Source: a candidate division WOR-3 bacterium | Lineage (GTDB): Bacteria > Hydrothermota > Tepidihabitantia > Tepidihabitantales > Tepidihabitantaceae | Direction: 5' to 3' | DNA length: 64,000 nt | Assembly: GCA_039801365.1 (NCBI GenBank) | Contig: JBDRUN010000002.1 | Location: forward strand, 4,411 to 68,410 | The notes under the pieces: model-generated | Told to the model about the DNA's origin: nothing | The model's input: only the letters and a program-made list of their open reading frames with translations | The model's database searches: none | Part shown: positions 49,403 to 57,766 of the stretch, piece by piece | Numbering within the stretch: the first letter of the stretch is position 1 | How the letters are laid out: every line of letters starts with the position of its first letter | Translations under genes and position numbers: made by a program

Positions 49403-51013
49403 ATGCGGACAGCTTTTTTTATAGCTATTTTCCTGAGTCTCGCCTGGGCCGGGCCGAACTATCTTACCAAGGTGGACCTTCTTGAGGGCCAAGGCGGACG
49501 GGACATCGCCAATGCTGGTCTGTCGGTTGTGAAAGAACTCGATGGCTGCTGCCTCGTGGTTGCCACACGCGAGGAGCTCAGCCGAAGCACCTTCACTTAT
49601 CAGATACTGGCCGAGCAAGCCTGTGACAAGATGTTTGTCTTCGTGACGCCCACCCGCGGAGCCGACTTGCCCGAACTCTCGAACGCCGGCCGCGTGCTCA
49701 TGCACCACCCTTCCGGTGTCCTGCTCGAGACCGACGAAATGCAGGCGCTCGAACTGGAGCGGCACCGGGTTCACTACTCGTGGGTCGGAACCGAGCCGTG
49801 GGTTTACCGAGAGGATGAACCACCGCCTGTACCGCAGGCGGTGCCGGACAGCCTCGTCTGGGAGCTTGTAAACCGCGTGAACGACGACTCGATGCTCGCG
49901 CATATCCGGCGTCTGCAGAACTTTCGCACTCGCTACTCAACCCGCGACTCATGCCGACGCGCAGTTGAGTGGGTGCAGGCCAAGTTTGTGGCCTACAACT
50001 GCGACTCGACCGCACTCGAAACCTGGCGGTCCGGCTACGCGCCCAATGTTATTGGCGCCAAGTTCGGCCGCACGAACCGCCGGCCGATCTACGTCATCTG
50101 TGCGCACGTTGACGCCACAGTCCAGACTGGTCAGTACGATTTCTGCCCGGGCTCTGATGATAACGGTTCGGGAACAGCCGCGGTTGTCGAAGCCGCCCGG
50201 GTATTCGCCGACGTCGAGTTCGCAAATACCGTGTACTTCATCGGGTTCACCGGCGAAGAACAAGGACTCTGGGGCTCAGACAGCTTCTGCTCCCGCGCGT
50301 ACCGTCGTGGCGACTCAATCAAGGCCGCGCTGAACTTCGACATGATTTCCTATGGCCGCCAGGGTCGGGATTCGCTCGAGGTGCTGGGCAAGACGTCGAA
50401 CCCGGCCTGCGCATGGCTGGTTGATGCCTACATCGCGAACGGCGACACTTTTGCCGGCCTCAGAACTCACCGGGTGCTCGAAAGCAACCCTTCAGCCAAC
50501 TCCGACCACTACTCGTTCCTGAAACGCGGCTACCCGGCGCTGATGGGTATCGAATGCGACTTCACGCCTGCATACCACACCACCGGCGACACCATCGGTC
50601 CGCTGTACTACCGGTACTGTGGCACGAACAACTGGCCTCTGGCCGCACGAACAACCCGTGCCGCAGTCGCGACAATCGCAAAGCTCGCCGGCGCCTACAT
50701 ACCGACCAGCGTAGCGGAGCCGGGGCGGACCCGACCGGTACGTGTGACCGGTTTGGTTCCAAGCATCGGTGCCGGCCCGTTCACGTTGCAGCTCTCGAAT
50801 CAACCAGCAGATAAGCATGCGGCAGTGTCCGTATTCGACGCTGCCGGCCGGTGCGTACGGGCACTCCTGGTATCCAGCACCGAGCGTGGTGCGCCAAACG
50901 CAATCTGGGACGGCCGTGACGCCACTGGTGCCAAAGTTCCGGCCGGAGTGTATCTCCTCAGACTGGCTGATGGAAAACAGGCCTCGACCGCCCGGTGTGT
51001 TTTGGTTGAGTAG
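49403..51013 (+). CDS. M28-family zinc peptidase with T9SS CTD
   Basis: 'ICAHVDAT', 'GSDDNGSGTAAVVEAARV' and 'FIGFTGEEQGLWGS' metal-ligand motifs. CTD 'SVFDAAGRCVRALLV...GVYLLRLADGK'. Confidence 0.85.
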   Translation: MRTAFFIAIFLSLAWAGPNYLTKVDLLEGQGGRDIANAGLSVVKELDGCCLVVATREELSRSTFTYQILAEQACDKMFVFVTPTRGADLPELSNAGRVLMHHPSGVLLETDEMQALELERHRVHYSWVGTEPWVYREDEPPPVPQAVPDSLVWELVNRVNDDSMLAHIRRLQNFRTRYSTRDSCRRAVEWVQAKFVAYNCDSTALETWRSGYAPNVIGAKFGRTNRRPIYVICAHVDATVQTGQYDFCPGSDDNGSGTAAVVEAARVFADVEFANTVYFIGFTGEEQGLWGSDSFCSRAYRRGDSIKAALNFDMISYGRQGRDSLEVLGKTSNPACAWLVDAYIANGDTFAGLRTHRVLESNPSANSDHYSFLKRGYPALMGIECDFTPAYHTTGDTIGPLYYRYCGTNNWPLAARTTRAAVATIAKLAGAYIPTSVAEPGRTRPVRVTGLVPSIGAGPFTLQLSNQPADKHAAVSVFDAAGRCVRALLVSSTERGAPNAIWDGRDATGAKVPAGVYLLRLADGKQASTARCVLVE

Positions 51014-51093
51014 AGCCTCGCCTATCTCTAGCTAGTCTTCGCTTGACGGTCGTACGCGGTGTAGTTACGCTCTTGTGCCTAGCGATACGGGTT

Positions 51094-53292
51094 ATGAAAG
51101 ACACTATGCCACGTCTGCCGATTCTTGTTATACTTGCCCTGTCTGGCCTCGCTTTCGCGCTTTCGCCGCTCGAGCGCGATTGTGTGCTTTACGATGGCTC
51201 GGTCCGGACAACTGATGGCGTGGCCCGGTTGAACGTGCAGGTTCCAGCCGGACGTCAGCTAGTTGGTTTCTTTCTAGGAATCGAGGGCATCGAACAATTT
51301 ACAATATCGCTCAACGGTACGATCTTGAGAACGGTCATGCCCGGACCAACCCCCCGTACCATCATCCGCACCTTGGATTTGAGTGACTTCGCATCCCTAC
51401 TGAAGCCCGGGGTCAACCAGTTGGATATCTTTCCAGCTGATGGCGGCAGCGAATTTAGGCTACGCACCTGGGTCAGCGACCGGGCCTGGTACGTCTCATC
51501 GTTCCATGCGCACACGACCTACTCAGACGGCGTTCTGTCAGTGCACGACCTGCTTCAGGCAGCGCTGGCCGACGGTGGCCGGGCATACGCCGTGACTGAC
51601 CATGAAACCCTCGGCCAGTGCTACGATACCGCCTTCCACGACGTCGGCAATATGACTGTCATCCGCGGGTACGAGTGGACAACTGATTCAGGTCATGCCT
51701 GCTTGGTCGGTATCCAGGGAGCGAATACACTTCCCCACGGTTCGATCCACGACATGATTGACGAAGCTACTTGGCGCGGCGCAATGATACAGGTAAATCA
51801 CCCTACTGATCCGACAATGGAGTGGCTGCGCCGGCCGGCCCTTGACCCTGGGCTGGACTGGCTTGAGGTTTTCAACTCACTCACTTACTTCCCACCTTGC
51901 GCTTTGCGCCGGGAATCAGAGGCTGCTCCGCTTCTAGTCGGGGCTTCCGGGGTTGCCCCGGATTCCGGGCGTCGGAGGTCAGGGGGGCTAGACTCGGATG
52001 CACAGGCGGTCGCTTGGTGGCAGGAACTACTGTCGGGAGGTGCAACCATTGCCGCTGCAGGCTGCTCGGACTACCACGGCATTTATCCGGGCGAAGCACC
52101 ACTCAAGTCGTGCTCATTTGTATGGGCGCCATCCAATCATCCTGACACCATTCTCAAATATACCAAACTCGGTACGGTAATGGTCTTTGACACTCCGGAC
52201 AACTCCCGGCTCTGGCTTTACGCCGACACGAACAACAATGGTTCCTGGGACATTGTCATGGGCGAACACGTCCGGGTGAGCACGGGTTCGAAGACAGTCC
52301 GGTTCCGGCTTGAGGTCGAGGATGCGGACTGGACTGACGTGGTCTATGTATTCGACAAGTCTGGCGAGATATACTCCAAGACGCTCTGGACCGGCGGTGA
52401 CTTTGAATACGAATGGTCTCGTACTTTCTCGTCTGCTGACCGGAACTTCTTCCGGGTCGAGTTGTGCGCTGAGCTTGGGGCTGATTACGAGGGCGTAACC
52501 AACCCGATCTACGTCAACCACCGCGACTACGAACTTGGCCCAACCGAGCTTCTGACCGCCGCGGTTTCCTGGCCGGACACGCTCTACGTCGGTCGGGCCG
52601 ACACCCTGCATTTCCTAATTCGTAATACCGCCGGCTACAGCCCCTACCGAACCGGGCTCGCCGTGGCTCTTGACACAGGCCTCTTCGATGTGGTGCACTG
52701 GCAGACGTCAGGTCCAGGTGTCGGCCGCGTAGTGGAGCGTTCGAGTCAAGGCCACCGAATAATCGAGTGGCAGGCGGGCTACGAGTGGCAGAACCGGCTG
52801 CCAGTCGGAACCAACTTTCAGTACTGGCTCCTGGTCAGACCCAAGGCTGCCGGAAGCAACCCGGTGCTGTTCCGCTCCTGGGCCGACGACCGGTTGTTCA
52901 TCGTGGATGAGGACCCTGGCAGAGGGTTCCTCGGACCAGAGGCCAAGTACTGGTACCGCCGGTCAGTCCCGGTCGGTCAGCTTGTTGGCACTGCCGAGCC
53001 GGTGATGGCAAGACTGGTATCAGATTGGTCGGTCAGTCCCAACCCCGCACCGGACTTCATCGCTTTACAAATTAACTATTCGCCTGATGACCCTCTGCAA
53101 AGCGCCGTGCTTTACGACCTCACCGGACGTGCGCTCGGCGAACTGCCGATTCCCAGACTCGCTCCTGGACCAAACAATATCAAGTGGCAGCTCGGCAATG
53201 TCGCGGGCACGGGTCTTGCCGAGGGCATATATTTCCTGCGGGTATCCACGCACCTCCGGCAGCGGACCGAGCGCATCGTGCTCGCTCGTTAA
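51094..53292 (+). CDS. PHP-domain metal-dependent phosphoesterase with T9SS CTD, carrying an in-frame repeat-element insertion
   Basis: 'SSFHAHTTYSDGVLSVHDLL...AVTDHETL...INHPTDP' PHP motifs. Insertion '[33 protein letters not shown]' encoded by repeat copy 51901-51980. CTD 'LYDLTGRALGELPI...GIYFLRVST'. Confidence 0.8.
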   Translation: MKDTMPRLPILVILALSGLAFALSPLERDCVLYDGSVRTTDGVARLNVQVPAGRQLVGFFLGIEGIEQFTISLNGTILRTVMPGPTPRTIIRTLDLSDFASLLKPGVNQLDIFPADGGSEFRLRTWVSDRAWYVSSFHAHTTYSDGVLSVHDLLQAALADGGRAYAVTDHETLGQCYDTAFHDVGNMTVIRGYEWTTDSGHACLVGIQGANTLPHGSIHDMIDEATWRGAMIQVNHPTDPTMEWLRRPALDPGLDWLEVFNSLTYFPPCALRRESEAAPLLVGASGVAPDSGRRRSGGLDSDAQAVAWWQELLSGGATIAAAGCSDYHGIYPGEAPLKSCSFVWAPSNHPDTILKYTKLGTVMVFDTPDNSRLWLYADTNNNGSWDIVMGEHVRVSTGSKTVRFRLEVEDADWTDVVYVFDKSGEIYSKTLWTGGDFEYEWSRTFSSADRNFFRVELCAELGADYEGVTNPIYVNHRDYELGPTELLTAAVSWPDTLYVGRADTLHFLIRNTAGYSPYRTGLAVALDTGLFDVVHWQTSGPGVGRVVERSSQGHRIIEWQAGYEWQNRLPVGTNFQYWLLVRPKAAGSNPVLFRSWADDRLFIVDEDPGRGFLGPEAKYWYRRSVPVGQLVGTAEPVMARLVSDWSVSPNPAPDFIALQINYSPDDPLQSAVLYDLTGRALGELPIPRLAPGPNNIKWQLGNVAGTGLAEGIYFLRVSTHLRQRTERIVLAR
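51901..51980. repeat. Palindromic repeat family, copy 3 (inverted; in-frame within the PHP gene)
   Basis: Its reverse complement 'gacgcccggaatccggggcaaccccggaagccccgactagaagcggagcagcctctgattcccggcgcaaagc' is near-identical to copy 4 over about 70 bp. Confidence 0.85.
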
Positions 53293-53452
53293 CCCAAACC
53301 CGCCATGAAACAGCCAAAAATGGAACAACAGACTTAAGGGTACCCGCTAGCCGACCCAGCGCCGGGAGTTGGATAGCCTGAGGCGTATAACGCTTGGATT
53401 CGCGTGGCTCGTGGATTTCGCGGCCCACTCCGGTTCGGGGGTAGTCAGCTAT

Positions 53453-53479
53453 TGACAAACCCGGGACGACCGTTAGCAT
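53453..53479 (+). promoter_or_regulatory. Putative promoter TTGACA-15-TAGCAT upstream of repeat copy 4 and the membrane-protein gene
   Basis: Read directly. The spacer is slightly short. Uses the same TAGCAT -10 as the promoter at 29817. Confidence 0.3.
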
Positions 53480-53513
53480 AACTTTGGTGTCCGCACGCGG
53501 ACGAGACGGCGCA

Positions 53514-53617
53514 GAGCGCCGGGCGCCAAATGCCCGGAATCCGGGGCAACCCCGGAAGCCCCGACTAGAAGCGGAACAGTCCCTGATTCCCGAAGCAAAG
53601 CGCCGGGCGTCGGACGT
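53514..53617. repeat. Palindromic repeat family, copy 4 (intergenic / 5' UTR), flanked by the 11-bp direct repeat AGCGCCGGGCG
   Basis: 'gcgccgggcgccaaatgcccggaatccggggcaaccccggaagccccgactagaagcggaacagtccctgattcccgaagcaaagcgccgggcgtcggacgtc'. Lies between a TTGACA...TAGCAT promoter and the RBS of the 53791 gene. Confidence 0.85.
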
Positions 53618-53790
53618 CATAAGCTTCGAGGATGTCTAAATGGTCCGGTTTGAGCGGCGGTTTTTCCCGCCTCGCCGATATCAATTTCCGCTGCGCTGGG
53701 TCTTCTACGTCCTTGCGGGCGGACTCGCCGGGTTGATGCTCTGGATCGCGAGACAACTACCGCATATGATTGCTGGCTAAAGGAGAATGC

Positions 53791-55002
53791 ATGACAAAGC
53801 TCCATTTCAACTATAAAGACGTTTTCCGCAGCCTCAGGCTCGGGTTCTCGGCTAAGAAGATATGGATGATGTTCATTGGACTGCTGGTAGGATTTGCTGG
53901 TTATGGTTTACTCACCTATCTGGCCTACCTGGCTGCCGGCTGCGACTTGGTGACGGTTTGGGAAGCGTACCGCCTTCTACCATTCCCTGAACCCTTCTTT
54001 GCGACCTTCCCATGGTACTCCTGGACCCTGTACGGCATCGGCGTCCTACTCTTCATCGCGAGCGTGCTCCTGAGCGGAACTGCGGTGTCTAAAGTTACGT
54101 TCGAACAGCTTCGGGGGGATGAATTCTATGAATCCCGCGAGGCGTTTCGGTTCGCATTCCGGCAATGGTCCTCGGTGCTTGGCAGTCCCGCGCTCGTTCT
54201 CGCGTTCATTCTCATTATCGCCGTGTTCGGCCTCATCCTGAGCGCGCTTGGCGCCATCCCGTATTTCGGCGAGATGTTCGTTGCTCTCTTGGCCGTCCCC
54301 GCTCTTGCCGCTTCCTTCTTCATCCTCTATCTGGGTATCGTACTGGCCTTTGGCCTACTTATCGGCCCCTCAATCGTCGGCGCCACCAAGAATGATACCT
54401 TCGATACCATCTTTGAAGTGTTCTCCTGCGCCAACGAGCAGCCCGCTCGACTATGCCTGTATCTCGGCACCGCGGCCGGACTTGCGAAAGTCGGCACGCT
54501 CGCATTCGGCGTAGCAACCAGCTTGGCTGTCCGTATCGGACATTTCATACTCGCACTTTTCATGGGCGGCAAACTCAGCGAGGCAATGTCAAATGCCGCT
54601 TACTACTTCAAGGTGGCGCTGCCGAGCTGGACACCTGGTGCTGTTCGATCTGCTTTCGAGTCCTTCGCCAACATCATCGGTGTTCCCCAGTTGTACCTCC
54701 CCGGCGAGTACGTCTCGGTCAACTGGGCCGGTGACGTCGCCGCACTCCTTATTGGCGTTGCCCTGTACTGTGTTGCCGTAACCGTACTCGCTTACGGCTG
54801 TTCGGTTTGGTACAGCGCCAACACGCTCACTTACGTAGTTCTTGCAAGAAAGAAAGATGAGAAGAACCTGCTCGAGTCGCCGGAGGAAGAAGAACTCATC
54901 GAGCCCGCAAACAGGACGGGCGCGCCCCACCACACAAACTCCGCAGCCAAAGCAACCGAAACTCCGCACCCAGACAGCACAGGGGACAAAGGGCCGGAAT
55001 AA
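53791..55002 (+). CDS. Polytopic membrane protein (hypothetical)
   Basis: AAGGAG RBS then ATG 53791. About 8 hydrophobic helices and an acidic C-terminal tail. No family recognised. Confidence 0.65.
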   Translation: MTKLHFNYKDVFRSLRLGFSAKKIWMMFIGLLVGFAGYGLLTYLAYLAAGCDLVTVWEAYRLLPFPEPFFATFPWYSWTLYGIGVLLFIASVLLSGTAVSKVTFEQLRGDEFYESREAFRFAFRQWSSVLGSPALVLAFILIIAVFGLILSALGAIPYFGEMFVALLAVPALAASFFILYLGIVLAFGLLIGPSIVGATKNDTFDTIFEVFSCANEQPARLCLYLGTAAGLAKVGTLAFGVATSLAVRIGHFILALFMGGKLSEAMSNAAYYFKVALPSWTPGAVRSAFESFANIIGVPQLYLPGEYVSVNWAGDVAALLIGVALYCVAVTVLAYGCSVWYSANTLTYVVLARKKDEKNLLESPEEEELIEPANRTGAPHHTNSAAKATETPHPDSTGDKGPE

Positions 55003-55057
55003 AGCCCAGCACCCTGGGCGCACCTGAGCACGTCTGCAAGTAAGTGACGTATTTACA

Positions 55058-57448
55058 ATGTGTTATACCAAACAAGCTCCTTCTTGCCGGATTCTAATCA
55101 ACGGCCGTGTCCAAGGTCTTGGCTTCCGTCCTTACGTCTATCGCCTTGCTGTTTCTATGGGCATTACGGGCACGGTCTCGAACACCGACCGTGGCGTGCA
55201 GATCCTCGCACAAGGTAAGAGGGTCGCAGAGTTCGTCGAAAGGCTAAAACAAAACCCGCCCCGTCTTGCACTCGTTGCCGAGTTCTCTGTCCGCCGCATT
55301 TGGGCACCCAAATTCCCCGATTTCTCGATTAGACCTAGCACCGGCCAGCGACCAACGGGGATTGACGTACTGCCTGACTTGGCCACCTGTCCCGACTGCG
55401 CAGATGAAATCCTCGATCCCAAGAACCGCAGGTTCTCATACGCATTCACAAACTGTACCCAGTGTGGACCACGCTACACAATTATCGAATCGCTGCCATA
55501 CGACCGCACCAATACCACCATGCGCTCGTTCCGCATGTGTCCAGACTGCAACCGCGAATACCAATCTCCTGCTGACCGCAGATTCCATGCTCAACCAAAT
55601 GCGTGCCCGATATGCGGCCCGCAGCTTCGTCTGTTGCACCCAGACGGTAAACCTTACAACAATACGCAAGACCCGCTAACCGCAACCGCGCGTGCAATCG
55701 CGCTCGGCAAGGTCGTCGCAATCAAGAGCTTAGGAGGGTTCCAGCTCGCATGCGACGCGGAAAACACACGAGCCGTTCGGTTACTACGAAAACGTAAGGC
55801 GCGGCCAGCAAAACCGTTCGCCGTGATGTGCGAAGACCTTGCTGTTGCGCGGCTTGTCTGCCGCGTTAACCCAACTGAGGCGAAACTACTTACCTCTCCC
55901 GCTGCACCCATTGTCCTGTTAGCGAAGTCGCGCCGAGCAGGCAGGGCAAAAATTTCCCCCTCAATCGCACCCGGCAATAGCCGGCTTGGCATTATGCTCG
56001 CCTGTACGCCACTGCATATACTCCTGTTTCGCGCCCTACGAAAGGTCCGCAGGAAACCAGTCATTCTCGTAATGACCAGCGCTAACCCGAAGGGTTCGCC
56101 CATAGCCTCAACTGAGCAAGAATTGGTTGCAGACCTTGGCGACGTTGTGGACCTTATTCTAACCCACGACCGGCCGATTGCGAACCGCTGCGATGATTCG
56201 GTGGTAATGACTGGTACCCACATGGAGGCCGGGCACACCGATTCAGTTCTGCCGGTCCGGCTCGCACGCGGCTACGTGCCACTGACCGTGGAACTCAGTC
56301 CGATGTTTCACGTGAAACATCCAACCCTCGCTGTTGGTGCGGACTCAAAGAACGCGTTCTGCCTGGCGTCGGGCAACCGCGCATATGTTAGCCAACATAT
56401 CGGCGATATGGGCTCGGAAGGTACCGAGCGCTTCTTTCTCGAGGCGCTTGACCGGCTTATGAAATTGACGGGCATAAAGCCGGCGTTCGTTGTCTGCGAC
56501 CTGCATCCGGACTATTTTTCAACTCGCCTCGCGCAGCGGCTATCGGCAAAATGGGGGGCCAAGCTCATTCGTGTCCAGCACCACTATGCCCATATTCTTT
56601 CGGTTGCCGCCGAATACGGGCTGCATAGCCGGACGCTTGGAATCGCCCTGGACGGAACTGGTTACGGAACCGACGGCGCGGTCTGGGGCTGCGAGATTAT
56701 TCTCGTCGAACCCGACCTTGCTTGGCGCAGGGTTGGACACTTATCGTACATGAACCTCCCTTTATCAGGAGAGCTCGTACCTGACCCCACCAAAATTGCT
56801 CGCGCGTACCGAGTTCAGATAGGGCAGGGCCATAGGCCATTGCCCGGCCAGTTCGTGCCGTGCTCATCGATTGGTCGGCTGTTTGACGCCGTCGCAGCCA
56901 TCACGGGTATCTGCCGACACGCCAGCTTCGAGGGCCAGGCCGCAATAGCGCTCGAAGCCGCCGCAGCAGCAACGTTAGCAAACACACATGACCACCCGCT
57001 CTGGTATAACGACTTGCGTACGGAGTTTCGGTCAAGTTGGTCCCAGCCAGGCCCTCGAGCTCCCGACACCTGCCTGCCAACGTCTGGCGCTCGCCTAGGA
57101 CCGCCCAACATCCCGCTCACCATTGACGCAAGGGCGCTCCTCCGGCGCGTCCTTGAAGACATCAGAATCGGACTGCCACCAGATGCTGTTGCGGCCCGCT
57201 TTCACTGCCGGGTGAACCATGCGCTGACAGCCGCAGCAACGAGATTGGCTCGTGCTTTTCACGTACGCACCGTCATCCTGAGCGGCGGTGCCCTGCAAAA
57301 CAGCGTGTTGCGGGCACAGCTGCGTCGCGGGTTTGCCCGTGCCAAACTGCGGATACTGTTCAATCGGCTCGTGCCGGCGAATGACGGCGGCATCTGCCTG
57401 GGCCAGGTTGCTGCTGCCCACACAGGCGCAACCCGGCCGAAAGACTAG
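55058..57448 (+). CDS. hypF: [NiFe]-hydrogenase maturation carbamoyltransferase HypF
   Basis: Acylphosphatase domain 'INGRVQGLGFRPYVYRLA'. Two CxxC(x)18CxxC zinc fingers ('CPDCADEI...CTQCGPRY', 'CPDCNREY...CPICGP'). YrdC-like and Kae1-like C-terminal domains. Confidence 0.9.
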   Translation: MCYTKQAPSCRILINGRVQGLGFRPYVYRLAVSMGITGTVSNTDRGVQILAQGKRVAEFVERLKQNPPRLALVAEFSVRRIWAPKFPDFSIRPSTGQRPTGIDVLPDLATCPDCADEILDPKNRRFSYAFTNCTQCGPRYTIIESLPYDRTNTTMRSFRMCPDCNREYQSPADRRFHAQPNACPICGPQLRLLHPDGKPYNNTQDPLTATARAIALGKVVAIKSLGGFQLACDAENTRAVRLLRKRKARPAKPFAVMCEDLAVARLVCRVNPTEAKLLTSPAAPIVLLAKSRRAGRAKISPSIAPGNSRLGIMLACTPLHILLFRALRKVRRKPVILVMTSANPKGSPIASTEQELVADLGDVVDLILTHDRPIANRCDDSVVMTGTHMEAGHTDSVLPVRLARGYVPLTVELSPMFHVKHPTLAVGADSKNAFCLASGNRAYVSQHIGDMGSEGTERFFLEALDRLMKLTGIKPAFVVCDLHPDYFSTRLAQRLSAKWGAKLIRVQHHYAHILSVAAEYGLHSRTLGIALDGTGYGTDGAVWGCEIILVEPDLAWRRVGHLSYMNLPLSGELVPDPTKIARAYRVQIGQGHRPLPGQFVPCSSIGRLFDAVAAITGICRHASFEGQAAIALEAAAAATLANTHDHPLWYNDLRTEFRSSWSQPGPRAPDTCLPTSGARLGPPNIPLTIDARALLRRVLEDIRIGLPPDAVAARFHCRVNHALTAAATRLARAFHVRTVILSGGALQNSVLRAQLRRGFARAKLRILFNRLVPANDGGICLGQVAAAHTGATRPKD

Positions 57449-57627
57449 CCGCCGGAACACACAATTTTCACAAACTTGCGCACCGTGCAGTGTCGCTCGA
57501 TGATGCGCACTATACGCTACGGGCCAACAGCGAGTTGGTACACGAGTAACTTCTAATGCCGCCGTCTCCGTAACCACATGGCGCAATATCTGACCGGCAT
57601 TGCAGCCGCCCACATGTCCTTTTTCTC

Positions 57628-57655
57628 TTGACACGCTACTCCGCCTGTCTATTAT
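57628..57655 (+). promoter_or_regulatory. dnaA promoter TTGACA-16-TATTAT
   Basis: Read directly at 57628-57633 and 57650-57655. Confidence 0.5.
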
Positions 57656-57682
57656 GCCCCAGGCAACCACAACTAGGAATTC

Positions 57683-57766
57683 TGTGGATAAAGTACGGCC
57701 AACGGCCTAACTTATTTGTTAGTCGTAAGTTGCCTGTCTTAGTAATGTGGATAAATCTGTGGATAC
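57683..57766 (+). promoter_or_regulatory. DnaA-box cluster: TGTGGATAA at 57683-57691 and 57746-57754; TGTGGATAC at 57758-57766
   Basis: Two perfect matches to the TTATCCACA complement and one single-mismatch box. They lie just upstream of and overlapping the dnaA start. Confidence 0.6.
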
